This document shows, piece by piece, positions 1 to 13,221 of a DNA stretch of 64,000 nucleotides. The stretch's first letter is position 1; each line of letters starts with the position of its first letter. The notes under the pieces were generated by a model that had not been told where the DNA came from, ran no database searches, and saw only the letters and a program-made list of their open reading frames with translations. The stretch comes from Eledone cirrhosa (Eukaryota): NCBI GenBank assembly GCA_964016885.1, contig OZ024741.1:151900001-151964000 (forward strand), written 5' to 3'. The translations under genes were made by a program, and so were the position numbers.

Positions 1-912
1 AAGAGTGACGACGTTCTCGGAGAGATCCTGGGCATCGAAGAAGATCAGCTGTTTGCTCTCTTACGGAAAACTTTCAGCCCAGGGCCTATGGATAACTTTC
101 AAAATCCTTGGCCTGGCAGTGCTACAGGAGAGCGATGCCGGTTCGAGATAAGCTCTACGGGCACGGAAGTGCCGTCAGCCGAGCCTGTCCGAGATGCGCG
201 CAGAGCGACGAAACCGTCATGCACGCACTGGTTCAGTGCCCGTGCATTGCTGACTTGTGGAGCTATGTCGAACAGTTGCTGTCGCGTGTAGGACTGATCC
301 GGTTATCGACTGAGTCCATTGTGCAGATGGTCTTGCCGTCTTCCTTCGAGGAGGAAGAGATGGCGGTTTTCATCTGCCTGGTGGCCATGGCGAAAGAGAT
401 TGTGTGGTGGACAAGGTTGAAAGGGTTAAAGACAGACACTTTCCTCTTCGGCGAATCCCTAATTAACCATTTCAAGTTTTACTTGAAGAGGAAAATCAGG
501 GTAGAGATGCAAGTGCTGCCTTCTAACAAATTTGTTGAAAGGTGGGTGAATGTAGCGAGAATGGTCCGAGTGAACAAGACCGCTCTGAATATACGTCTGT
601 AGTTTGAGAGATGGAAAAATGAGAGAGGGCGCTTGCCCTGGTGGTTAGGGTGGCCGTGGTCTGTTGTGTGGTTTTCGCCACGAGTAATCCTCGGAGGTTT
701 CCCCCCTATTGGGGAATTTTTTATTGTTTCAATTTTCATTTTTATTGTTTATATATATATATATATATGTTTCTATGTCATTTTTTCTTTTCTTATATAA
801 ATAATAAAAATATTTACACGCACAAAACCCACATCGTATCGTCCTGTACCGTCCTGTGCCGTCTGTAATGTTTTTCTTGATGTCAGCCCTTGTGGCCAAT
901 AAAGAAATCATT
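1..912 (+). mobile_element. Tx1/L1-clade LINE, 3' part (ORF2 C-terminal Zn-binding region and 3' UTR)
   Basis: ORF 108-602 has CPRC..ETVMHALVQC and is homologous to 42698-43300; ends GCCCTTGTGGCCAATAAAGAAA followed by (ATT)n. Confidence 0.85.
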
Positions 913-1338
913 ATTATTATTATTGTTCTTTGAGTCTCAGTCATTGATGTTATTTAACTGGAAAGTTTGTTGAAATGAATATCAAGCCGCTACCTGCAGC
1001 CTCAGATATTCAGGACGTATCGGAGGGTTCTTGCTGTTCCCAGCAAGCATACCTTTTGAAGTGTTCCAAAAAGCGGGGCTGGACTAATCTTCTTTAACCA
1101 TCCTTAGAAACTTTTTGAGATAGTACCTAGTTCGCCTATGACAATCGGGACGACCTTGACTTCATTGCAGTTCCAAATCCTTTTTACCTCCCACTTTAAG
1201 TCCTGGTATCGGTTAATTTTCTCCCTCTTTTTTTCTTGCACTCTCGTGTCAAATGGGCAGGCTACATCTACAATCAAGCACGATCTTTTTTCCTTGTCCA
1301 AAACCTAAACCACCAGGTTATTGTGTTCTAATTTCTTG
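913..1338 (-). mobile_element. R4/Dong-like restriction-endonuclease LINE, 3' fragment
   Basis: DKEKRSCLIVDVACPFD..K..RY..L..VVPIVIGELG RLE motif; 3' end runs into (TAA)n. Confidence 0.8.
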
Positions 1339-1750
1339 AGGAAAATCAGGGTGGAGAGGCAAGTGCTGCCTTCTAGCAAGTTTGTTGAAAGGTGGGTGAA
1401 TGTAGCGAGAATGGTTAGAGTGAACGGGACCGCTCTGAATATACGCCTGTAGTTTGAGAAATGAAAAAATTGAGAGAGGGCGCTTGCCCGGGTGGTCAGG
1501 GTGGCCGTGGTCTGTTGTGTGGTTTTCGCCACGAGTAACCCTTGCATGTTTCCCCCCTATTGAGGAATTTTTCATTGTTTCAATTTTCATTTTTATTGTT
1601 TATATATATGTTTTTATGTCTTTTTCTTTTCTTATATAAATAATAAAAATCTTTACACGAACAAAACCCACATCGTACCATCCTGTACCGTCCTGTGCCG
1701 TCTGTAATGTTTTTCTTGGTGTCAGCCCTTGTGGCCAATAAAGAAATCAT
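1336..1750 (+). mobile_element. Tx1-clade LINE, 5'-truncated 3' end
   Basis: Near-identical to 483-912; same AATAAAGAAATC(ATT)n end. Confidence 0.85.
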
Positions 1751-1774
1751 TATTATTATTATTATTATTATTAT

Positions 1775-2075
1775 CGTGCCCTCCCTCGGGATGGATCTTA
1801 ATTCCTGATTTAGTCAAGATAGTGAGCCACATCCAGTGGTCTTAGGTATCATGATGATGTTTCCTTCTTTTTAGTTTATAGCCTATACATTTCCTATTAT
1901 TCCAGCCGTTCCGAGCAAACAAGGTTTCTATAACATTTCTACTGTAAAATCCAATCTTAATTTTTTTATCAATCCATCAAAATTCTTTGTGATCGTCCCT
2001 AAGGCGCCAATGACTACTGGTATCAATTCCACCTTTTTTATCTTACATAGTCTTGAAATTTCATACTTCGGGGGG
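1775..2075 (-). mobile_element. R4/Dong-like RLE LINE, 3' fragment
   Basis: KYEISRL..VELIPVVIGALGTITK..LLGTA motif; (TAA)n tail. Confidence 0.75.
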
Positions 2076-2149
2076 CTGTTATTTGTACACCTTTCTTCTT
2101 GTCCTTCTATGCAATTATCAAATGGACTATTATCATTATCGTTATTGCA

Positions 2150-2305
2150 TTCTAAGTTCAAATTCCGCCGAGATTAGCTTTGCTTTTCATCCTTACATGG
2201 TCGATAAAATAAAGCACCAGTAATGCACTGAAATCGATTTAATCGACATGCCCCTTCGCCAACATTGCTGGCCTTGTGTGTAAAATAGAAACAATTATTA
2301 TTAAT
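2150..2305 (+). mobile_element. tRNA-derived SINE, partial copy
   Basis: Homology to 22517-22708 (CTTTTCATCCTT..GGTCGATAAAATAAAG..CCAGT; TAGAAACAATTATT end). Confidence 0.75.
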
Positions 2306-2744
2306 GGCGACGAAAGCGTAAGACGTAGTACAATTCTGGGCGGCAAAAGGTTTGTAAATTTAAGTTGTTTGAATTGGTATTTTGTACTTTTTTTGTCGAT
2401 AACAGGACGTAGAGCATCCATTATTGACCTGAGGAAAGAAGACATTTTAATATTTGGGCCTTATGCCCGGGACATAGAGCATCCATCTTTGCCCTGAAGA
2501 AGGGAGGCCTTTTAATATTTGGGCCCTAGGCCCAAATATTTGAACTCTATTTTAGATTTTGCAAAATCTTTTTCTATAAACAAAAACAAAAAAGAAAACA
2601 TGGACGAAATGTACCCTAAAACTTTCAGTAAGCTGTCACGTGACAATAGTTCAAATGTGACGTTAGCAACCGTCCCTAATACCAGCATTGACATGAACAG
2701 TGTTACCATTACCACCACAGTCATCGTATCAGTAGATAAGGACA

Positions 2745-3720
2745 ATATATGTTGTTCACATTTCCGAACGGTCGCTTCTTCAGATCATAAGTTTGTGATC
2801 TGTATGGTCGACCTAGATAAGACACGCAGGTTAAGACCTGGTTACTAGAAGCTAAACATGTCGTTTCCGGTACGTAAGGCTTACAGGGACTGGGTCCACA
2901 ATTTAGTTATGCAAAAGTTGACAGGGGGAAGTCGTCAACAACAAGTTGTAGGGATTCTCAAATGAGCCAGAGTAATCTCGATAGGTTTTAGCAAAGAAGT
3001 AGCTTTAGAGGAAAATAGAAAGGAGGATGATGGGGGCTGGTAGCTAAATTACATACGGTTATTTGTAGTGGCATTGCAACTGACGAGCTAGCGGCAAGAA
3101 TGGCATTAGACCATTTCTTCAATGCGAAATACGAAGGTTGCATAGTCAGAGTTATGGGGCGTGCTCTAAGAAACGAAGGAACCAAAGCTGTTCGATGGGC
3201 CCACGTAGCAGAGGCGCAGCGTGGTAACAAAACCAGATGTGTGTGGCCTTTCAGCAACACTTTTCTCGGATGTTCCGAGGAAGTGATGGGTCAGAGACCA
3301 TAGTAGACTTCAGTCCCTATCTCGACGGCTGAGGCTGAGTGCTGCGAAAGGCCGATAACTTCAGCCAAGACTCGAGATGCCCTAGTCGGCTGCATGAGGT
3401 GCAAGTCATCCGGTTTGGATGGCCTGCCCTACGAGCATTACGTAGACATGCAACATTTGTTTTCCCATCTCCTCGAAGCGCTCTACTGCAATTGACAACA
3501 GAACGGGAGTATTTTAAGGCTGTGAACCGGGGTGTAGTGACGCTGATAAGGAAAAACAAGAACAAGAGGGATACGCTAGATAACTTCAGGCCATTAACTC
3601 TGCTAAACACAGAATTTAAGATTTTGGCCAAGGTATTAGCAAAGAGGTTGCCGCTTGTTGTCGACGATTTGGTTGGGGTGGCATAAACTTGCACAATTCC
3701 GACCAGTCCAGCACAATTCC
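2745..3720 (+). pseudogene. Degraded Tx1 ORF2 (end of AP endonuclease to start of RT)
   Basis: SDHKFV, PGY*KLN, NFRPLTLLNTEFKILAKVLAKRL; homologous to 44436-46046. Confidence 0.85.
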
Positions 3721-3781
3721 GAATAAAATGACTTAATTCCCCCTGTACCCTTGATTCATTGTTCAACTATATACATACATG

Positions 3782-3852
<71 letters not shown>

Positions 3853-3932
3853 ATAATTATGAAGACCAAAATCCGAAGAAGTGATGCTTTGCTTAAACTT
3901 TAATCTGTACTAATAATAAATATACATACATG

Positions 3933-3987
<55 letters not shown>

Positions 3988-4174
3988 ATTCATATGCAAT
4001 GCAATTTCTACGTAAGTTGCTTCAAGAACTTCCCTTTCCAATCACACGGCTCTACATTTTAACCCTACATCCGTCTCTGTAATATGTTATTTCTCCGCAG
4101 TTACTCATTTAATATACATATTATATATAAATTTATATATAATAATAAACATTTAATCTTGTATGTCATTTGTA

Positions 4175-4950
4175 CAGATGCGCAGGACATTTGTTCACGA
4201 TGCGCAGGGCGTCTTGTAACCTTCTCGCAGATCCCTCGTGAACTTGATGCCACCTTTCGGCGTTGTGCGAAATTAATATGCAATGTCGGTTTCGACATCA
4301 CCCGCTGGCAACAGACGATGCCGCTCCCTTTGAGTTTCGATGGCCTCGACCTCTGATCCGCGTGTGAGAGTCACATAAATGCCGTTGTGGGGCTGTCGAC
4401 GATGAGTTTGGTTTGCAGCCTTTATCCTACCGTCAGAGCATATGCCGGTTCTTTCGACATGCCACTCTCAACGACATGAGAAGGAGCCACGAAGCAGTCG
4501 GATTCCCGTCACAACTGCAGTCAGTAGCCTTTGATCGACGGTGATGGCAAGCGTCCCGACGAAATTACCATCTATTTCAAAGGAGGTAAATCACTCATGT
4601 GGGACGTGACATGCTATGACACGTTCTCAGCTTCATCGTAGTCGCCACGGCCACAAGCCCCGGTACGGTGGCTCGCAATGCAGAGGACAGGAAGACAAGC
4701 AAATACCGGATCTAGTCCGGCTGCTTCCTCTTTGCACCGGTCACCCTCGAGACCTCAGGCGTCCTCGGACCCAAGACAGCTGACCTCTTCTGTAAAATCG
4801 TATCGATAGCATCTGTCTGAGGAAGCAGCCCCACGAGGATGAGGGGATGCTGTTGCAGCGTGTGTCGCTGGCCATTTTCCGCGGAAATGCCTTTGCCATT
4901 TTGTCTGCAGACGCAGCCGAAATACCGCTCTGATCTAGGTATAGCGTTTG
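4175..4950 (+). mobile_element. CRE-like RLE non-LTR retrotransposon, degraded 3' part
   Basis: LPL..GL, DGKRPD, WDVTC.DT, AE.RK.SKY and PV.LETSG motifs across frameshifts. Confidence 0.7.
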
Positions 4951-5473
4951 TCACCTCCCTGTCCCCCTTTCTTTCTTCCTTTGGCTAGTAGTCCTTGCTT
5001 TTCTTCTCCTTTTCCTCACTTTTATAGCATTTGTAATCCTGTTCAATGCTGCTCTCTGTACGTTTATTTCTTATGTTATTTATACAACTCTGAACCTCGG
5101 AAATTTAGTATATTTAAAACAGCTGATAAACAGAATTCTGAGTTCTGCTAAGAGAGGGAAGCCTTTTCATGATAGACAGATCCTTCACACTCTAAAAGCA
5201 CTTTCATGATAAATGTCCCCTTCACATTTTATGTAATTATATCCTAAAATAATCATTAAAATATCACTTATCTTTAATCACTTATTCGTAATTAACACTT
5301 CACCTCCCTGTAATTAACATAAACTATAGGGTTTCTTATATGCAAATCAAAAATTTATCAAAACTAAAATTTCCCAGTTCATACGACTTTTGATATATTC
5401 AGTGGTCCTTATATATATGGTATATCAATCTTGGACTCCAAACATTAAATACATTCAACGCTTTTGCCATCAT

Positions 5474-5668
5474 GTGGTGGATTGGCAGTATGGGTAGAAG
5501 GTTGGACGCCATGCTTTCCAGCATAGTGATATGGCCCTTTATGATCCGAGTTCAATATCCTCCGAGGCTAACTTTGCCTTTCATCCTTACGGGGTCGATA
5601 AAATAAAGTATGAACTGTTATGAACTGGAATAATTGCTGGCCTTGTGCCAAAGGTAGAAACAATTAAC
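5474..5668 (+). mobile_element. tRNA-derived SINE (Deu/Nin-like central domain)
   Basis: A-box-like TGGCAGTATGGG, B-box-like GAGTTCAAT, then CCTTTCATCCTTACGGGGTCGATAAAA. Confidence 0.8.
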
Positions 5669-7004
5669 AACAACACAGATCCACTAAGACATAAAACTTG
5701 GATGGAATTAGGGCAAACTGTCAACGTATCGACCGCTCCCCGTTTGTGATTGAGCCTGTGGAAGTGGATACTTCTAGCGTTCTTAGTCCCCGGATCACGT
5801 ACATGCTTACTTCTATTGGAGCGGAGTTGGCGACCCGCAGTTGTGAGCCTTGCGAGGTGGAGAGGTTGTTCCAGCGCGTCTTCCTCGCCGTTATCTAGGG
5901 CAATATCTTTTTTTTTTAATTTCGCAGAAAACCAACACACAAAAATCAGGTTTTGATATTTACCATATCAATACAGTTGAGAACACATGATCTCTAGTCT
6001 CCGCTGCTAGTCTGCTATCACCCACCACTATCATTCATTACTATCACTTACTAATATCACTCACCACTATCACTTACTATTATCATTAACCACTATCACC
6101 AACCACTATCACCAACCACCTCCGCAATGTTGTTTCGTACATATCACTTTTTGATTTCGAGATTAAATCGCTCTAATCAAAATTCATAAACGTGAATTGA
6201 GATGAAATAATTTAATGGTGTCGTGCACAGCCCTCCATCTCTCCTGACCGAGAGGGACGATGCCTATATATTCGGTTTACTGATTCTCTCCAAATAACCC
6301 AAGATTGTCTGGAAGTCAACCAGAAATATCTAGCAAGGATAACCAACAGGTTATGCTTGATTGATTCTCACCCAATCATCTTTTGCTTATACAAAATTCC
6401 CTTTTTCCTCTCTGCGCACCATGCTATTTCCTTCCCGGTGAACCCTTCTGAATTCGTTTGTGTAGAATGCAGCTGCAAAGTAATTATCAGTAACACTGGT
6501 TAGCAAGAAAGCTTCCGTGAAGTTTAGCGGCATCAGCCTACACACAACTCCAACATAACATTGACTACCAATCACCTACACCCGTGTACTCGTTCATGAA
6601 GTTCTTCGTAACACATACGAGCCTAATGTGGACATCAAGTACGAGACGGCGTGGACTTTTTCTTTTGAGCATCCACTCATTGCTCCACAACCACCATCCA
6701 ACCAATCAACATGACTGGATGAATATCAATTATAGTTCCATCAGTCCAAGGATCCAGTCAACTTTCAAATAACAGTCTCGCCTGCTTTGTGACGTCTACC
6801 TAGGAACTCGACATTAGCTCCCTTGCAAGACATTGACGATGTTTTATATGTTACCTGTGTCCATGATGAGACTTCTGTTGTCCCGAAATTGCTGCACACC
6901 TCCATCAAATTAGGATGTAGGCGTCAGGCCTAGGGAAAGAACATCTACAGTAAATGAAGAATTTGTTTATCTCTATGAATAATGCAACAAACATGTGTGT
7001 GCCC

Positions 7005-7270
7005 AGCATGGCAGAGCGCTTAAATAGTTAGATTTACAATCATTAGGTTCCAGGTTCAATCCCACGGCATGACATCTTGGACAAGTGTCAATTACCATAG
7101 CCGCGGGTCGATCTATCTTGTTGGATGGACTTTACCTGTGATACACAGTGTCACACTAAATTGTTAAAGGTACGCGTGTCTGTGGAATACTCAGCCACTT
7201 ACCCGTTAATTTATGAGCAGTTTGTTCCATTGATCGTACAACTAGAACACTCATCGTCAAAATCGTCAAA
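7005..7270 (+). mobile_element. Second tRNA-derived SINE family
   Basis: TGGCAGAGCG..GGTTCAATCCC tRNA-like head followed by CTTGGACAAG. Confidence 0.55.
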
Positions 7271-7478
7271 ATCGTATGCCTGTGTATGTGTATGCCTGTG
7301 TGTGTATGTGTATGCCTGTGTGTGTATGTGTGTTTAGTATAATCATGTATAATTCTAATATGAACGAGCTAGTATTATGACGTTATAATAGTAAATGGAG
7401 AGCTATACGTTTTTCTGCACGCTTCCTTCTTAATTTTAATTTTAATTTGACGAACAACTATCTATCTATCATCTCCCC

Positions 7479-7521
<43 letters not shown>

Positions 7522-7531
7522 TCTCTTTCTT

Positions 7532-7563
<32 letters not shown>

Positions 7564-8369
7564 TACATTCTTTCTTCTCCATCCCCTCATGGGCAGGCTC
7601 CCTTCCTCTCTCTCTTTCTCTCTCTCTCTCTTTCTCCCACTCTCCCTCTCCTTCTCCCTCTCCTACTCCCCCTTCTTCTCCATCGCTCACTCACACTTTG
7701 TACATTTGACCCCACAACAAAAAAATCTGTATCACAAAATTTACCCCCCTCTTCAGTGTCAGAAATTACTTCAGCTTCCTACAGTTGGTAACTATGTACC
7801 AATCTCTTGTGAAATCCTCAATTTCTACACACTGTAACATCCTAAACCGCACCCTCAAAATATCTATCTCACCGAACTGATTGGTATTTACGTCGCTCAT
7901 TGTAAAGCTGTGAGATACACTAATCATATTTCCTCTGATGTGGCACATTGCAAATCCCATTTCCGTTTTATATCTCATGAGAGACTAATGTCTTAACTCT
8001 TAATTTCATATAATTATCTGTTGAATCCTTTTGTGAGTTATGCCATAGATTAAGGTGAGTTCAGATGTACTCTATTGAGTTTATGTGAAATATATTATTA
8101 GCCCATGATATAGCCTCATTTTCATCACAAAATGCCGTCAAAAAACGAAAGCCGCCGACTTTGCATAATAAAATCTGTTGCAAGGGCTAGGAGATTTGCA
8201 GAAAGATGTATTCCATGCTTACAACGCAAAAAGAAGAGTCAGGTTATTTCGCGACGTGCAGTATCTGTCAGCACAGCAACTACAACAAATGTTCCTGCTT
8301 CACCTATGGATGTTGATATGCCATATTTACTTAATACTTGGTCTGATAGTGGTGCCTACATTTCGAATC

Positions 8370-8760
8370 CTGTTATTGCTTGGCCAGATCCAGATGCCTA
8401 CACTTGACATCCCTACAGCCAATGATTGGATAAGCCCAAGTATCAACACATGAAAGCTTGTCTTTGATTGGCTTGACTTAGATTTCAATATTCAAATCTT
8501 GTCATTTATTGGTTAGATCCAGATGTCAACATTGAAATCTAGTCGCTGATTGGATAGACCCGATATTTAGACTTCAGATCTAGTTACTCATTGGCTAGAC
8601 GTAGGTTTCAACTATCAGATCTAGTCGCTGAATGGATAAAACGCAGATGACTTCACTTCGAAACATGTTATTGCTTCGCGAGACCTGGATATCAATATTC
8701 AGATGGAGGCGTTGACTGGACAGGCCCAGATGTCAAAATTTCCGATCCTGTTGTTGATTC
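8370..8760. repeat. Degenerate ~41-bp minisatellite
   Basis: ATTGG recurs at about 8425, 8467, 8508, 8549 and 8590 with shared CAGAT..TCTAGT motifs. Confidence 0.7.
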
Positions 8761-9329
8761 GATATGCTAAGATTTGCACATAAAATGATGAACTGGGAAC
8801 AGATAAATGTGACGTGAGAGACACAACGGGAAATCGGATATATAACTATAACAAGTAAAATACGATCTCGTTATTAAAAACAAACTATATCCAGAAATGA
8901 TAACGAGAGAAGTTCACAAATATAGAAAGATATGTATTTCCATTGAATACCTAAATTATAATAATTTATAACAAATATATAAAATGTCTAAAGAGCATTT
9001 ACAAACAAATACTTTTGTACCCTCGTCGTAAAAAATGATGATTGCCACTTCTATTCAAAACGACGGGTGAAACGACTTATAAATATCTGACCTAAGGACT
9101 TCAAGATTTATATTTTAATAAAATATTACCAAACTGTAATTTACGGTGTCACAGCGCCTTATCTTTTACACATTCGCATATATGGACCCACAACTTCTGA
9201 TGGAGCCGTATGGCGCCTTAGTGATACACTTTTCAGGTTTAAACAAAGGCAATTAATTGCCTCCAGTGAAGGATAAAGTTAAGGATGGCAATGAAATGAG
9301 AGAGATATAATGGAAGAATCGAATTCAGT

Positions 9330-9465
9330 AATTTTTTTATCAACCTCGAAAGGATAAAAGGCTAAGTTGATCTCAATGGGATTTGAACTCAGAGCTCAGA
9401 TAAACGAAACAAATAACGCAAGATTTCTGTTCTATGCGCCCTAACGACTATGTCAGTTCACCGCT
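9330..9465 (-). mobile_element. Diverged tRNA-SINE copy
   Basis: GGGATTTGAACTC and AAGGATAAAAGGC motifs shared with the main SINE. Confidence 0.6.
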
Positions 9466-9944
9466 TCCTATAAATATATATACTTCCATTAATATATAAA
9501 TACCTACATAGAAACATAGAAGACCTTAAAAGTTTAGTACAAAATCCTTTGATGAAATAAAAGTGAGATATTTGGAACATTACATGAGAGTTAGGAGTCA
9601 TCGAAGAATAGAAATACTTAGAGAAGTGTGTGATGTCACTGCATCTTCAGTTATCTCATTCTTTTATTCACTCTCACTCATTCTTTCGCTATCGTGTTCT
9701 CTCTGTCTATCATTTTGAAGTGTATCTTAACGCTGGCATATTGTCAATTTCATTTCATCAAAGGTTTTGTAGCACAAGTTATATATGTGTATATATTTAT
9801 GTAAGTGGATATATGTGCATGTATGAACAAATGTATACATGTACGTATATGTGCGTGTAAAAATGGAGTTATGGTGATGTCACAAAACGCAGTGAAATCA
9901 CAGAGTACTGCTCAAATATGTATGTGTATGTATATATATATATA

Positions 9945-10785
9945 TATAATAGAATATAAAAGAAAAGTGAACACAGATATATACATATGTGTTCAAATCG
10001 TAAGGGACCAGATTCGCTAAGGTGAAAAGAATACTAACTATAGACAATTGGGTTCGCTTGTCTCAATTTAAGAAAAAATTAAGAAAATAAATACAAACCG
10101 GAATTGTGGTAACTACCAATCACCCAGACAACTTGGTGTTGTTTCGCAAAGTTAATTGTGAATAGAAATACTAATCCAAGCTCATCAGTGGGTGATGAAT
10201 TAGTATCCTAGAGACATCTATGTATGCTATATATAAAAAATAAAACAGCGCACATGGTATCTTAGCGAGTCTCACAAACCCACACCACTAGAAATAGCAG
10301 CCAGGCTTACTCGACATTTGAAATAGCTCAACAAATTAACGGAGCCGAATATATTAAATGTATATATTGAGTTAGGAACTCAAAATAGTCTCTTACAACA
10401 GAATAGTTCTAAGAAAGAAGTATTTCTGAGCCGTATATTATAATAGAATATAAAAGTGAACACAGATATATAGATATATGTGTTCAAATCGTAAGGGACC
10501 TGATTCGCTAAGGTGAAAAGAATACTAACTATAGACAATTGGGTTCGCTTGTCTCAATTTAAGAAAAAATTAAGAAAATAAATACAGACAAGCGAACCCA
10601 ATTGTCTATAGTTAGTATTCTTTTCACCTTAGCGAATCAGGTCCCTTACGATTTGAACACATATGTATATATATCTGTGTTAATTTTTATATTCTATTAT
10701 AATATACGGCTCAGAAATACTTCTTTCTTAGAGCTATTCTGTTGTAAGAGACTATTTTGAGTTCCTAACTCAATATATACATTTA

Positions 10786-10790
<5 letters not shown>
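9945..10790 (-). mobile_element. HHR-bearing non-coding mini-element (~490-bp unit, partial tandem, inverted 5' copy)
   Basis: 9945-10095 repeated at 10438-10585; 10585-10790 is the reverse complement of ~10350-10555; flanked by (TA)n. Confidence 0.75.
10119..10196 (-). ncRNA. Type I hammerhead ribozyme
   Basis: ATCACCCA-CTGATGA-GC..GC-GAAA-CAAC accaa GTTG-TC-TGGGTGAT: 8-bp stem I, 5-bp stem III, GUC site. Confidence 0.85.
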
Positions 10791-10825
<35 letters not shown>

Positions 10826-10876
10826 ACAGATACACGAAACTGGATACATGCAACTGTTGCACATATGCAACTGTTA

Positions 10877-10910
<34 letters not shown>

Positions 10911-10955
10911 GAGAGGTATAGAGATTGTTTTAGCAAGAAGCTAACGGCATTCTAT

Positions 10956-11005
<50 letters not shown>

Positions 11006-11194
11006 TAAGTATGTACACGTACATATATGCATGTATGTATATATATATACATACATGCACACACATATATATATGTACGTATGGATTCACCAAACATTTA
11101 TTATAATGCTCGGTGTGTTTGTAAACAAACATCCCGTATTAAGCCGTAATGTCTAGCAACCATCGTTGCTCGTTTGTTCAACACTGACAAAGGA

Positions 11195-11237
11195 ACGCTG
11201 TACTAGTTTCAAGCTTATTAGCTATCGTCAGCAACGT
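11195..11237 (-). ncRNA. Minimal type I hammerhead ribozyme
   Basis: Reverse complement of 11648-11690. Confidence 0.85.
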
Positions 11238-11647
11238 ATACCTTTCTGCCAGATTGTTGAACGTATATACTTACCTTATGCATATTAACGGCTGAGTAGC
11301 CCAATTTGCATATCGAGTGGGTTAATCGGCCGGGTGCACCGAAAACGATAAACGGAAAAAATGAAACGAAATTTCATTTCCCATACGTACATATATAGAT
11401 GTGTGCATGTATGTATATATATATACATACTACTGTACGTCTGTATACATATATGTATGTACGTGTACATACTTATATTTAAGTAACAGCCGTACTAAGA
11501 GTGGGAAATGAAATTTCTTTTCATTTTTTCCGTTTATCGTTTTCGGTGCACCCGGCCGATTAACCCACTCGATATGCAAATTGGGCTACTCAGCCGTTAA
11601 TATGCATAAGGTAAGTATATACGTTCAACAATCTGGCAGGAAGGTAT

Positions 11648-11690
11648 ACGTTGCTGACGATAGCTAATAAGCTTGAAACTAGTACAGCGT
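11648..11690 (+). ncRNA. Minimal type I hammerhead ribozyme
   Basis: ACGTTG-CTGACGA-T-AGCT aata AGCT-T-GAAA-CTAG-TA-CAGCGT; palindromic stem III ACTAGT; predicted cleavage after 11684. Confidence 0.85.
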
Positions 11691-12040
11691 TCCTTTGTCA
11701 GTGTTGAACAAACGAGCAACGATGGTTGCTAGACACTACGGCTTAATACGGGATGTTTGTTTACAAACACACCGAGCATTATAATAAATGTTCGGTGAAT
11801 CCATACGTACATATATATATATGTGTGCATGTATGTATATATATATACATACTACTGTACGTCTGTATACATATATGTATGTACATGTACATACTTATAA
11901 TTAAGTAACAGCCGTACTAAGAGTGGGAAATGAAATTTCGTTTCATTTTTTCCGTTTATATATATATATATATATGCTAGAAATATAAAATCCTTGGTGA
12001 TGGAAATATGATGGAAATATATATAAATATATACATATAT

Positions 12041-13030
12041 ACTAGCGGCCTTCCGGCCTGTATTGAGCTCATCTATTCATAAGTCACCTATTGCCATATG
12101 TTATAATGTCCATTTCCCTGAGAATGAAAGATGAAAAGGTATTTAAATATTGCATAACATAATTTTTTTAATTTATGTAGAATATCTAAATAGGGATCAT
12201 GAAGAAATAATTGTTTCTACTTTTGGCACAAGGCCAGCAATTACCCAGTACATTACTGGTGCTTTATTTTATCGACCCCGTAAGAAAGAAAGGCAAAGTT
12301 AACCTCGGCAGGATTTGAACTGAGTCTGTAAATGGGCGCAACTATGCTGGAAAGCATGGTGTCCGACCCTCTGCCGATACTGTCAATCCACAGCCATGAA
12401 GAAATAATAATAGAAAAATCTATGCGACGAAAATTATAAAACATTTGCAGAACATCAGTATATACAATGGTTTTAACTTTTTTTCCTTTGGAGCATATAT
12501 GAAGTGTTTGTGGAGTCTTCCATGTCGGAAAGAACCTACATATAATTGACCATGTGAAACACAGCCCTGAGTATCAAGGGATTGCTTTTCTATGAATTTA
12601 AACGGGGGAGTGGTGCTTATCTGTATCTCAGACTGTCCCCGCTTTCCCGCACTGAAGAAATCTCCGAAGCTGGGAAAATCTGAGGGTTTTCCCCTCTTTT
12701 CATTTTCGGAAAAGCAGACGATTACAAACGTGTTAGATGTCAGATTAGTTGAAAACACACCAAAAACCCTAGGAAAAACATTTCTTCATCATCCCTAGCG
12801 GGTTGTTTTCCATAAATTCCAATGGCTTAGACGTGCTTATCTGTATCTCCGAGGGTCCCTCTCACTTCATGTCTCCGTTTTCGGAAAAAAAAATCGTTGG
12901 TGAGTGAGTCGGATGTCAGATCGTTCGAAAACAAACGAAAAAAAAAATTGAAAAGAAAAAGTTTCTGAAGAAATCGCCAAGGCAGGGAAGATCCGAGGCC
13001 CTCCTCCATTCCGTTTTTTGGAGAAAGCGT
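12041..13030 (-). mobile_element. Non-autonomous Helitron remnant
   Basis: Helicase C-terminal motif CVSHGQLYV..FIYAP in ORF 12420-12758; 3' end hairpin GGCC-GGAA-GGCC followed by CTAG then T at ~12041-12060. Confidence 0.7.
12210..12395 (-). mobile_element. tRNA-SINE inserted in the Helitron, with TSD CATGAAGAAATAAT
   Basis: Full SINE; TSD at 12198-12211 and 12395-12408. Confidence 0.85.
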
Positions 13031-13160
13031 TGATTACTAGTATGTGGAGGTCGTATAAGCTGTAGACACACGGACAACCTTAATTATTACTAATTTTATT
13101 TAGTGTATTTAACGGTCAACTAACAAACTTACTGTTTATAAGTATTATAGATATATATGC

Positions 13161-13221
<61 letters not shown>

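Larger units (their letters stand above)
11003..11958 (+). mobile_element. HHR mini-element, ~430-bp family: inverted 5' copy then ~1.3 tandem units
   Basis: 11003-11380 is the reverse complement of the downstream unit; homologous to 17000-18011; flanked by (TA)n. Confidence 0.8.

Noticed and set aside
6387-6772. piggyBac-like VTDNYF motif
   Set aside because: One short motif; other candidate motifs lie on the opposite strand
8370-8760. CRISPR-like periodicity
   Set aside because: Degenerate tandem units without constant repeats and unique spacers; eukaryotic context and no cas genes
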